Below the pieces are notes generated by a model, which was not told the DNA's origin, searched no databases, and saw only the letters and a list, made by a program, of their open reading frames with translations. 32,000 bases of DNA from Gammaproteobacteria bacterium (GTDB taxonomy: Bacteria > Pseudomonadota > Gammaproteobacteria > JBIOEC01). Below are positions 9,255 to 16,958 of this stretch, one piece after another (position 1 is the stretch's first letter; each line of letters begins with the position of its first letter). The stretch covers positions 1,680,001-1,712,000 of the forward strand of contig OZ257143.1 of the NCBI GenBank assembly GCA_965279305.1, read 5' to 3'. The position numbers were made by a program, and so were the translations under genes.

Positions 9255-10538
9255 TTAACTAGGATGTAAGGCTGCCGCCGTTGCTGCAGTAGGATGAGTC
9301 AAATCAGCTTTCAAAGATTTAGCGAGTATAGCCCGCACTCGTGATTGATTAACATCACCTATATCATCACCCAAATTCAGGTATTTTAATGGGGCGCCAC
9401 TGATTTCCAACGCATCTAAAATAATAGAAGCACCCTCTGAGCTAAAAGGATTTCCACTCATGTCTAATTCATCTAGCTCTTTTAAACGTTCCAACTGTTT
9501 TGCAAAATATTCAACCTCATTATCATCAATTTTATTGGAAGAAATATCTAAGTGTTTCAAACCTGTTTGAAAAAATATGACGGAAGCTATTGCTCTACCC
9601 CCACCTAAATTATCTGACAAATTTAATGTGGTCAGTCTTATATCCATGAAAGAAAAGAGAAGATTATTTAAAGCTATATCGTCTAAGAGATTTCCACTTA
9701 AATCGAGTGCCTTCAAATGAAAAAGTTTGAAGCTCATCGTATCAAATACCTGAACGATATCATCTCCCGATTTATTATTTGAAAGATCCAGCGAGGTTAC
9801 TTTTTTCAGATAAGTTAAGCGTTCAAATAATTGCATTAAAAAATCTAAACTGAAAAAATTTCCACCCAGTCTTAGCTCAACCAAATTACCTAATCGGGAT
9901 AAGCTTTCAAGGAAAGTTTTCGCTTCTGCCGGATCTTCTTTATCATCCAGCTCATTGTGTCCTAAATCTAAAACTTGAAGGTTAGCAGCGTTTCTTACCA
10001 ACGATTTTGACAAGTGCTCCATGCTTTTAAAATTAATTTTATTATGCGAAAGATCGAGCACCTTCAATGTTGTCACATTATTTAGAGATATACTTAATGG
10101 AACAATATTTTCCTCATCAACCCCTGTTTTTGATAGGAAAAGAGAGTCTAATGATTTAAGAGATCCTATTCCAGAGCAAAGCTCAACAATTCCATCTTTT
10201 CTGATACGCACACTTTGATCCGCACGACTTGGCATATCAAGAGATGTATAGGCTACTTTAAAAGGAATTTCCCAAACATACAGCACCAGTTGATTATTAG
10301 ATAAGTTTAAATTAACAACACCCAGATGGCTTTTCAAAAAATCGCTAATTAATTTAGTACCGGCTGGACCAAAAGCATTATGGGAAAAATCAACTAAGAC
10401 AGTTCCTTTGTCTGCACCTGCCAATATTTTCGCAATCGTAGCATCGGTTATACTTGCATTACTGTATTTCAACTCCTTTCTAGCTGTTCTTGCAACAACC
10501 GTAGCTGCATTAGTAAGTGCTCTTTTACGTAACATCAT
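9255..10538 (-). CDS. Leucine-rich repeat protein, ribonuclease-inhibitor (RI/RNI, LRR_6) type, about 12 repeats (427 aa)
   Basis: It contains repeats of about 28 aa of the form LxxLDLSxNxLxxxgxxxLxxxL. Examples are LKVLDLSHNKINFKSMEHLSKSL, LQVLDLGHNELDD, VTSLDLSNNKSGDD, LKALDLSGNLLDD, LKHLDISSNKIDDNEVEYFAKQL and LDELDMSGNPFSSEGASIILDAL. The SD GAGAGG lies upstream of ATGATG. Confidence 0.8.
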   Translation of the reverse strand: MMLRKRALTNAATVVARTARKELKYSNASITDATIAKILAGADKGTVLVDFSHNAFGPAGTKLISDFLKSHLGVVNLNLSNNQLVLYVWEIPFKVAYTSLDMPSRADQSVRIRKDGIVELCSGIGSLKSLDSLFLSKTGVDEENIVPLSISLNNVTTLKVLDLSHNKINFKSMEHLSKSLVRNAANLQVLDLGHNELDDKEDPAEAKTFLESLSRLGNLVELRLGGNFFSLDFLMQLFERLTYLKKVTSLDLSNNKSGDDIVQVFDTMSFKLFHLKALDLSGNLLDDIALNNLLFSFMDIRLTTLNLSDNLGGGRAIASVIFFQTGLKHLDISSNKIDDNEVEYFAKQLERLKELDELDMSGNPFSSEGASIILDALEISGAPLKYLNLGDDIGDVNQSRVRAILAKSLKADLTHPTAATAAALHPS

Positions 10539-10745
10539 ATGAATACCTCTCTTACTTCATTTCCGGCTTCTCTATTTCGGGCTTAATTAGGTTCGCGGGG
10601 GATTATAAACAAAAGCAGTTGTATGTCCAGCTATTTCCAACCTTATTTCGCCTATCTACTTCATTAGGTACTTGCCTTTTATAAGCTGGCATGTTAACTT
10701 TTACCGCATCTATTCCCTCAATGATAAAAGTAAGGAGGCTTCGTT

Positions 10746-11489
10746 ATGAAAGGGGTTCGTGCGTTTTTTTCTATTCTCATTTTATTTTTTGCTTCTTTTT
10801 CAGTAGTGGCTGAATCTGAGTACATGTCTATTCGCTTAGATCATAAAGCCCTGCATAAAAAAGCCCGCAATCTTGATTCAGATGTCCTGGAACTAGCAGT
10901 GAATGGTTACCGTAAAGCTTATAAAGAAGGCCATGCCAAAAAACCTTATCTAGTGGTTATTGATTATTCTGAACCCTCTTACAAAAAACGCATGTGGATT
11001 TTTGATCTACACAGAAATGAATTACTTTATAATTTGCATGTGACGCATGGTGTTAATACCGGAAAAGTTCATTCCAAAAAGTTTTCTAACCGTAATGGCA
11101 GCCTACAAACCAGCTTAGGTCTTTTTGTAACCGAGAATACCTATGACGGGCGAAACGGTTATTCTTTACGCTTGGAAGGACTGGATCACGGAGTTAACCA
11201 TAATGCTAAAAGACGCGGCATAGTCATGCACGGAGCTGATTATGCTAGCGAAGACTTTTTGAAAAGAAATGGGAAGCTAGGCCGTAGTTGGGGTTGCCCC
11301 GCTATCGGCGATGAAGTGAATGCCGAAGTGATCGAGCTTTTAGAACATGGTAGTGTTGTGCTTTCCTATTATCCCAACAGAAAATGGCTTTCTAAAGCAG
11401 ACTATGCGAGTGTATTCACATTAGATGAAGATGCTCTTCGCCTTACTGCGGAAGAAGAGCTAGAAAGCTTGGTTGATAGCCTAAGCTAA
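10746..11489 (+). CDS. Secreted L,D-transpeptidase catalytic-domain family protein (YkuD_2 type, 247 aa)
   Basis: There is a signal peptide ending VVA/ESE. The GIVMHGADY ... GRSWGCPAI motif (His and the SxGC catalytic Cys) is typical of the YkuD_2 family. A strong SD TAAGGAGG is present. Confidence 0.8.
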   Translation: MKGVRAFFSILILFFASFSVVAESEYMSIRLDHKALHKKARNLDSDVLELAVNGYRKAYKEGHAKKPYLVVIDYSEPSYKKRMWIFDLHRNELLYNLHVTHGVNTGKVHSKKFSNRNGSLQTSLGLFVTENTYDGRNGYSLRLEGLDHGVNHNAKRRGIVMHGADYASEDFLKRNGKLGRSWGCPAIGDEVNAEVIELLEHGSVVLSYYPNRKWLSKADYASVFTLDEDALRLTAEEELESLVDSLS

Positions 11490-11493
11490 TGAG

Positions 11494-11529
11494 ATGGATT
11501 GCCACGGCCGCTGCGGCCTCGCAATGACA
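11494..11529. repeat. Palindromic REP-like intergenic element, copy 2
   Basis: The sequence ATGGATTGCCACGGCCGCTGCGGCCTCGCAATGACA has a core GGCCGC-T-GCGGCC perfect hairpin. Its flanks are the same as copy 1. It begins 5 nt after the stop of the preceding gene. Confidence 0.6.
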
Positions 11530-11539
11530 AGAGAATAAC

Positions 11540-11569
11540 TGGACTTTTTTCGGTATTTTCAGCTACAAT
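11540..11569 (+). promoter_or_regulatory. Candidate sigma70 promoter for yccA
   Basis: TGGACT (11540-11545), an 18-nt spacer, then TACAAT (11564-11569). Confidence 0.3.
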
Positions 11570-11621
11570 GGCCGGGTAAACTAGACAAATAGGCACTATG
11601 CCTTTAACAACGAGGACTCAT

Positions 11622-12302
11622 ATGCAACGTAATGATTATCAAGCTCAAGTCGCTACCGCACGCCAACCTGGCCTGCTCGCTACTCATACCGTTTTGCGTA
11701 ACACGTACCTTTTGCTTTCGCTAACCCTGCTATTTAGTGCAGCGGTTGCCGCGTTTGCAATGGCTACCAATGCTCCTTATCCTGGTATTATTCTGACGCT
11801 GATAGGCGTTTATGGTCTTATGTTTCTTACCTATAAACTGAGAAACAGCACAGGCGGTATTATCTCTGTTTTCGCTTTAACCGGCTTTATGGGGTATACC
11901 CTAGGTCCATTGCTTAATAGCGTGATGCAGGGCTTTGCTAACGGACAAGAAATTATTATGTTATCTCTTGCTGGCACAGGCGCTATTTTCTTAGGTCTTT
12001 CTGGTTACGTGCTAATGTCTCGTAAAGACTTTTCTTTTATGGGCGGCTTTTTAGCGGTAGGGACTATTTTTGCTTTAATCGCTATGGTTGCTTTGTTTTT
12101 CTTCCAAGTACCTGCGCTTTATTTAGCATTTTCAGGTGTTATCGTTCTACTTTCTTCTGGTTGGATCTTATGGCAAACCAGTGAAATCATTCATGGTGGT
12201 GAAACCAATTATGTGATGGCTACTGTAGGCTTGTATGTACAGATCTACAACTTGTTTGTAAGTCTTATACAACTTATCAGCGCTTTCTCTCATCGCGATT
12301 AA
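11622..12302 (+). CDS. yccA: Bax inhibitor-1/YccA family inner-membrane protein (226 aa)
   Basis: THTVLRNTYLLLSLTLLFSA aligns with the E. coli YccA N-terminus, and about 7 TM segments follow. I prefer the ATG at 11622 (SD GAGGA 5 nt upstream) over the track start at 11598. Confidence 0.85.
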   Translation: MQRNDYQAQVATARQPGLLATHTVLRNTYLLLSLTLLFSAAVAAFAMATNAPYPGIILTLIGVYGLMFLTYKLRNSTGGIISVFALTGFMGYTLGPLLNSVMQGFANGQEIIMLSLAGTGAIFLGLSGYVLMSRKDFSFMGGFLAVGTIFALIAMVALFFFQVPALYLAFSGVIVLLSSGWILWQTSEIIHGGETNYVMATVGLYVQIYNLFVSLIQLISAFSHRD

Positions 12303-12314
12303 TTTCTATGATAC

Positions 12315-12342
12315 AAAGAGACAAGTGATCGCTTGTCTCTTT
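12315..12342 (+). terminator. Strong hairpin between yccA and tusE (possible terminator or attenuator)
   Basis: AAAGAGACAAG-TGATCG-CTTGTCTCTTT is a perfect 11-bp stem with a 6-nt loop. The 3' arm ends in TCTTT, and the hairpin ends 7 nt before the tusE ATG. Confidence 0.45.
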
Positions 12343-12349
12343 AACACTT

Positions 12350-12664
12350 ATGAACCCACTTTCAACCCTTATCAATGACGACGGATATTTGCTCAATCCT
12401 AGCGATTGGACTGATGAACTCGCACAACAACTCGCTGCTAATGAACAGATTGAATTAAGCTCGCTGCATTGGCAGATTATTCGCTTTGCGCGCGAATATT
12501 ACTTATCTCATCACGATATCCCAAAAATGCGAACTATTATTACCCATTTACGCCTAAAATATCCTGATATGAATAGCGCTGCTGTTCATCGTTTATTTCC
12601 ATTAAGCCCTGCTTTGCAAATAGCAAAAATAGCAGGACTTCCTAAACCTAAAAAATGCTTATAG
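12350..12664 (+). CDS. tusE: TusE/DsrC-family sulfur relay protein (104 aa)
   Basis: The HWQIIRFAREYY and LFPLSPALQIAKIAGLPKPKKCL C-terminus, with its penultimate Cys, matches TusE/DsrC. It is adjacent to yccA as in E. coli. Confidence 0.8.
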   Translation: MNPLSTLINDDGYLLNPSDWTDELAQQLAANEQIELSSLHWQIIRFAREYYLSHHDIPKMRTIITHLRLKYPDMNSAAVHRLFPLSPALQIAKIAGLPKPKKCL

Positions 12665-12743
12665 CATTTGCTGCAAGATAAAAAGTCAGCTAGAATAACA
12701 AGAAATTTTCATCATTGTGAATCATGTTATAGGAAATCAGTTT

Positions 12744-13700
12744 ATGTTTTTAAAAAGGATGTTCTTACATTTATCCTCTTCTTTATTAAGCGTCGCTGCT
12801 TTTATTTCAGCGCCTGCTTTTGCGGCTGTTTATCCATTAACACCTGATACTGATGTAGTAGGCGATGTTTCCTTAACCATCACAAAATTTGAAGACAGCT
12901 TTATTACCCTCGCTGAAAAATATGATATAGGCTTTGAAGAGCTTGTCCAGGCCAATCCTGGTATTGATCCTTGGGTACCCGGAGATGGTGCAACCGTTGT
13001 TATTCCTGCTCGTCATGTATTACCTCCACGCGCCGAAAGAAAAGGCATTGTGATTAATCTTTCTGAAATGCGTTTGTATTATTTTCCTAAAGATGGAAAA
13101 AATGTTTATACCTATCCATTAGGTATTGGACGTGAAAGATGGATCACTCCGTTAGGAAAATTAACCATTATTGCTAAAAAAGAAAAACCTACCTGGTATG
13201 TGCCTGCTTCTATTCAACAAGAACAAAAAGAAGAAGGCTTGCCTGTGCGCACATCTGTCCCTCCAGGGCCTGATAATCCCTTAGGTGAATATTCTATGCG
13301 TTTATCCAATCATAGTTATTTAATTCACGGTACCAACAAACCTGCGGGCATTGGACGTCGAGTGAGCCATGGTTGCATTAATATGTATCCTGCTGATGTT
13401 GAGCAACTTTATGCAATGGTACCTAATGGAACTGCTGTTAATATTGTGCATCACCCTTTTAAAATGGGATGGAAAGATGGATATTTATGGTTGGAAGCGC
13501 ATCAGCCATTGCATGATTACCAACACCGCGGCGACTATAGTTTAGATGGCCTTAAAACTTTAACGAGCAGCATTACACGCGATAAAGATGTTGATATTAA
13601 CTGGACGTTGATTAAACAATATCACGAGCACACGCTAGGTGTGCCCATGCCTGTAGGCCAATTAAGAAAAGACTCAGCGCATTACGCTTCATTATTTTAG
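12744..13700 (+). CDS. Periplasmic L,D-transpeptidase, ErfK/YbiS/YcfS/YnhG (YkuD) family with LysM-like N-terminal region (318 aa)
   Basis: There is a signal peptide ending AFA/AV. The catalytic motif is LIHGTNKPAGIGRRVSHGCINM (HxxxxxxxxxxxxSHGC). The N-terminal LAEKYDIGFEELVQANPGIDPWVPGDGATVVIP is typical of the family. I prefer the ATG at 12744 (SD AGGAAA) over the GTG at 12717. Confidence 0.85.
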   Translation: MFLKRMFLHLSSSLLSVAAFISAPAFAAVYPLTPDTDVVGDVSLTITKFEDSFITLAEKYDIGFEELVQANPGIDPWVPGDGATVVIPARHVLPPRAERKGIVINLSEMRLYYFPKDGKNVYTYPLGIGRERWITPLGKLTIIAKKEKPTWYVPASIQQEQKEEGLPVRTSVPPGPDNPLGEYSMRLSNHSYLIHGTNKPAGIGRRVSHGCINMYPADVEQLYAMVPNGTAVNIVHHPFKMGWKDGYLWLEAHQPLHDYQHRGDYSLDGLKTLTSSITRDKDVDINWTLIKQYHEHTLGVPMPVGQLRKDSAHYASLF

Positions 13701-14290
13701 GATGTTTTATTAAACACTAATGTGAAGTTAACAGGCACTGTAGGCGCTATGCTTTGTAATGCAGCAAGAGTGCGCAATTCTTCCACGCCACCTGTCATAT
13801 CATAATCACCTACATTCAAAACAATAGGCTCTGCATTTTTTATTTGCAAGGTATTGTCTGATAATTCTTGAGCAATAATATTGGTTTTAATTTCATGCTG
13901 CACTCCATGCAAATCTAATGTACCGTCTACGGTAATGGTATGAGGTTGATTGTCGCTTAATGAAGACATTTGCGCAGGATCTACATTCACAGTGAAAACG
14001 CCTTGAGGAAAAGAAACGGTTTGGAATAATATTTCTCGCATACGTTCATCACGTATGGGCACTCGCGTATCTACACTATTTAAACTTACGGTTAACGTTG
14101 CTTGGCCGTTATCATCAATATGACCGGCAAGCTGTGTGAACTGGCTTTTTTCTTCAATCGTATTGTTTTTAGTTGAAGTGAAATATAAAGCAGATTTGCT
14201 ATTATCCAGATCCCACGCCGCAAATGCTAAAGTACTTGTCAGCATTGAGGGAATGATTAGGTATTTAGAAAATAATTGAGTTCTGTGCAT
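13697..14290 (-). CDS. yceI: YceI-family periplasmic protein (197 aa)
   Basis: There is a signal peptide ending AFA/AW. The YceI-like pattern is SALYFTSTKNNTIEEKSQFTQLAGHID...SVDTRVPIRDERM. I prefer the ATG at 14290 (SD GGAGGAG) over the track start at 14329. It converges on the transpeptidase gene with a 4-bp overlap. Confidence 0.8.
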   Translation of the reverse strand: MHRTQLFSKYLIIPSMLTSTLAFAAWDLDNSKSALYFTSTKNNTIEEKSQFTQLAGHIDDNGQATLTVSLNSVDTRVPIRDERMREILFQTVSFPQGVFTVNVDPAQMSSLSDNQPHTITVDGTLDLHGVQHEIKTNIIAQELSDNTLQIKNAEPIVLNVGDYDMTGGVEELRTLAALQSIAPTVPVNFTLVFNKTS

Positions 14291-14316
14291 AGCTCCTCCG
14301 TGTTTCTGTAGCACAT

Positions 14317-14358
14317 AAAACAAAGCCAACCTGCTATTTCTAACAGATTGGCTTGTTT
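14317..14358 (-). terminator. Candidate Rho-independent terminator after the small lipoprotein gene
   Basis: The minus strand reads AAACAAGCCAATCTG-(10 nt loop)-CAGGTTGGCTTTGTTTT. This is a stem of about 14 bp with one mismatch and one bulge, running into a T-rich tail. Confidence 0.4.
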
Positions 14359-14384
14359 AGACTCGCTCTACTAAAGATAACTAA

Positions 14385-14606
14385 TTATCTTTTGTAAGCT
14401 TCGCCATGATGGATGCGTTCTTCACGTTCTTCAACGATGATACGGTCAACGTTTCCGTGTCCGTCTTTATCAACTTCGATATAAACTAAGTCTTCTTCTT
14501 CATCATCGCAATCATCTCCGCAAGCCCACATTGGACCGCAAGCAGACAATAAAGCAACGCTACCAGCAACTAAACCAAATTGCGCTAATTGTTTCCAGTT
14601 TTTCAT
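14385..14606 (-). CDS. Small acidic Cys-rich lipoprotein (73 aa precursor, hypothetical)
   Basis: The SD GAGGA is present, and the signal peptide carries the lipobox LLSA/C. The mature N-terminus is CGPMWACGDDCDDEEEDL. I recognise no homolog. Confidence 0.6.
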   Translation of the reverse strand: MKNWKQLAQFGLVAGSVALLSACGPMWACGDDCDDEEEDLVYIEVDKDGHGNVDRIIVEEREERIHHGEAYKR

Positions 14607-14794
14607 TTTTTTATCCTCTTCTCGATATCAATAAAGTGAAAGCATGTGCAAGCACATACTGCATCATATGAACTAGTCATATGATTGCTGTTTTTAATTG
14701 TAACAGGTAAATTACAAAGTGCAACTATTCTACCAAAGTTTTTAGAGAAAAGCGCCAGTATAATTTTTTATGACTACAAACCAACAATAAATGG

Positions 14795-15580
14795 TTATAT
14801 TCCACAGCCATAAAAATCACCGCAACCCATATTTTCCAAAACATCTGAGCTATCTGAAGAGCGACCGGTTGGTAAATCACAAGCGTTTTTAGCTCTCTTA
14901 ATGACTTTCTCAATTTGTGAATCTTCTAAAGCATCACCTAACCTTTCAAACATGGGTTTGCCTACCGATCTTTCTAGCATTTGAACTTGTGCAATAACAT
15001 CAGGATTTAACTGAGCCAATTCTGCACTATTACTGTTAACACATAACATACATTCTAAACTCCGATGTGCTAGTAATTTTAAACCTGCACGTTGCACTAA
15101 TTCGTTTCGTTGTTCAGTAGAAAAATTTACTAAAGGATAATGAACTTTTCTATCACCCCATACTTCACTTTCAAACACATCAGCAGATAAATCTTCTTTG
15201 CTATGTGAACTGGCTTTACGATGACCTAGCAGCAAAGTGACTTCAGCTTTAGGATCATATTGATCTAACCATTGCAAAATGGGTGCGCCTTTTAATACAT
15301 CGGCACACCATTGAAATTTAGTATTAGGAAAATGTCCGCGCTTTTGAATAAGCTCAGGAAATGAAACGGGGGAAACTAAGCGCACGACTGAATGCCCTTG
15401 TGCTTTTGCCCAGGCTTCTCTTTTGGCTACTTCTTCATTCCAATCCGCGGTAGCCCAGCCGGTATCTACTGAAACTATAGTAGTCATAGGCGCCAGAGAT
15501 TGCTCGCCAGCCCATTGAATGAGTGCTATCGTATCATTACCATAGTTACCTACGATCACGTATCGGGTGCCATTTAACAT
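14795..15580 (-). CDS. PAPS-reductase-fold (N-type ATP-pyrophosphatase superfamily) protein, function unknown (261 aa)
   Basis: The N-terminal YVIVGNYGNDTIALIQW occupies the PP-loop position and is followed by VSVDTGW and the FQWCADVLKGAPILQWL...LLGHRKASSHSK pattern, as in the CysH/PAPS_reduct family. The ATG at 15580 or the TTG at 15595 are both possible starts. Neither has an obvious SD. Confidence 0.65.
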   Translation of the reverse strand: MLNGTRYVIVGNYGNDTIALIQWAGEQSLAPMTTIVSVDTGWATADWNEEVAKREAWAKAQGHSVVRLVSPVSFPELIQKRGHFPNTKFQWCADVLKGAPILQWLDQYDPKAEVTLLLGHRKASSHSKEDLSADVFESEVWGDRKVHYPLVNFSTEQRNELVQRAGLKLLAHRSLECMLCVNSNSAELAQLNPDVIAQVQMLERSVGKPMFERLGDALEDSQIEKVIKRAKNACDLPTGRSSDSSDVLENMGCGDFYGCGI

Positions 15581-15607
15581 ATTGATCACGCACAAGTTGA
15601 CTTAAAA

Positions 15608-16636
15608 ATGAACACTATTATATCACATTACCAAACCGCTCTTAAAAACCAGGAGCTAAGCCCCAACCCCTCTCAAGAAGACGCCGTCACGGTACTCGAT
15701 AGGGCCTATCGCGAACACACTGAGCAAGTAGACACCCCTTACCAAGGAGTATACCTATGGGGAGAAGTCGGGCGCGGTAAAACCTTATTAATGGATCTGT
15801 TCTATAACAACCTGGCTACCGAGCGCAAACAAAGACTGCATTTTCAAGAATTTATGCGTTACATTCATGCACAGCTTCATGAGTACCAAGGCAAAAAAAA
15901 TCCTTTAACCAAAATAGCAGCGGATTTAAGCAAACACATCGATGTGCTTTGCCTAGATGAATTATTAGTCGAAGACGTAGCCGATGCCATGATACTCGCC
16001 AGCCTTTTTAAAGAGCTACTCGCTAGAAAACTATTTGTGGTAATGACAGCCAATTTAGCCCCTAACCAGCTCTATTCCAAAGGAACTCAACGAGAAAAAT
16101 TTTTACCCGCCATAGAATTATTACAAGAACATTTATATATAGTGCATATTCAAAACAGCGAAGATTACCGACGCCAACAAGAAATTATTTATCCCACTTA
16201 TTTATTTCCTGATTCTAAAGAAGTGGATAATCAAATGGAAAACCTGTTTTTGCATTATGCAAAACCGCCTTATGATGAAAATATTACCGTAGATGTAAAC
16301 GATCATATTTTAGCGATCAAGAAAAAAAGCCATGAAGTATTGTGGTGTGATTTTCACGCTTTATGTGGCACCGCTCATAGCGCACAAGATTATTTAACAT
16401 TAACCCAAGCGTTTAGAGTACTACTCGTCAGCCATGTGCCATTACTGGATCAATACCAAGAAAATGAAGCGCGACGATTGATGAGCTTGGTCGACGTATG
16501 CTACGACCAACGAGTATTGCTTATCATTTCGGCCGCCGTTCCCCTGCTAGAATTGTACCAAGGAAAGCTGCTCCAGCATGGCTTCCAGCGCACCGTAAGC
16601 CGTCTCTGGGAAATGCAAACCGACCAGTATAAATAA
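15608..16636 (+). CDS. zapE: Cell division protein ZapE (AFG1-like ATPase, 342 aa)
   Basis: GVYLWGEVGRGKTLLMDLFY (Walker A), RLHFQEFM, VLCLDELLVEDVADAM (Walker B) and EARRLMSLVD are colinear with E. coli ZapE/YhcM. Confidence 0.87.
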   Translation: MNTIISHYQTALKNQELSPNPSQEDAVTVLDRAYREHTEQVDTPYQGVYLWGEVGRGKTLLMDLFYNNLATERKQRLHFQEFMRYIHAQLHEYQGKKNPLTKIAADLSKHIDVLCLDELLVEDVADAMILASLFKELLARKLFVVMTANLAPNQLYSKGTQREKFLPAIELLQEHLYIVHIQNSEDYRRQQEIIYPTYLFPDSKEVDNQMENLFLHYAKPPYDENITVDVNDHILAIKKKSHEVLWCDFHALCGTAHSAQDYLTLTQAFRVLLVSHVPLLDQYQENEARRLMSLVDVCYDQRVLLIISAAVPLLELYQGKLLQHGFQRTVSRLWEMQTDQYK

Positions 16637-16716
16637 GTTTTGCTTGATATCTCACTATAAGCTGTGCAAAAATAGAACAGAGAATAAGAATTACTCATTA
16701 TATTAGGAGAGAACCT

Positions 16717-16881
16717 ATGACACGCTCAAACGCCCCCGTTGCTAAAACTGCCGACACAGACAGCTTATTATCGAATGCATCATTGGCCACCTCTGACAGC
16801 GAGATTTCTGCGGCATATCAGAGCGCTTTGAATCCTGCTCTAGCTGCAACAACACCAGCGCCAGCTAGAAGCCCCGCATAA
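16717..16881 (+). CDS. Hypothetical small protein (54 aa), below the size cut-off of the ORF track
   Basis: AGGAGA (16705-16710) lies 6 nt upstream of the ATG at 16717. The ORF is MTRSNAPVAKTADTDSLLSNASLATSDSEISAAYQSALNPALAATTPAPARSPA with TAA at 16879-16881. An 11-bp hairpin starts 8 nt downstream. The product is low-complexity and I recognise no homolog. Confidence 0.35.
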   Translation: MTRSNAPVAKTADTDSLLSNASLATSDSEISAAYQSALNPALAATTPAPARSPA

Positions 16882-16888
16882 TCTGCAC

Positions 16889-16914
16889 GTCATCCCTGCT
16901 TCCGCGGGGATGAC
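16889..16914. repeat. Palindromic element or hairpin (possible terminator for zapE and the small ORF)
   Basis: GTCATCCCTGC-TTCC-GCGGGGATGAC forms an 8-bp perfect outer stem plus G-U and 2 GC pairs, with a tetraloop. It ends in ATGACAA like the two elements at 79-129 and 11494-11529. No T-tract follows. Confidence 0.5.
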
Positions 16915-16958
16915 AAATCAGGTAATATAGCTTCTTTTAAAGCGGTATTAAGAACTTC

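Noticed and set aside
14725-14913. 62-aa minus-strand ORF overlapping the 3' end of the PAPS-reductase-fold gene
   Set aside because: It overlaps a longer ORF with family signatures in another frame and has no SD.
14795-16636. PAPS-reductase-fold gene plus the AFG1-like ATPase as a two-gene defence or DNA-modification module
   Set aside because: The ATPase is colinear along its whole length with housekeeping ZapE/YhcM. The genes are divergent, not co-oriented. No nuclease, methylase or ParB-like partner is present.
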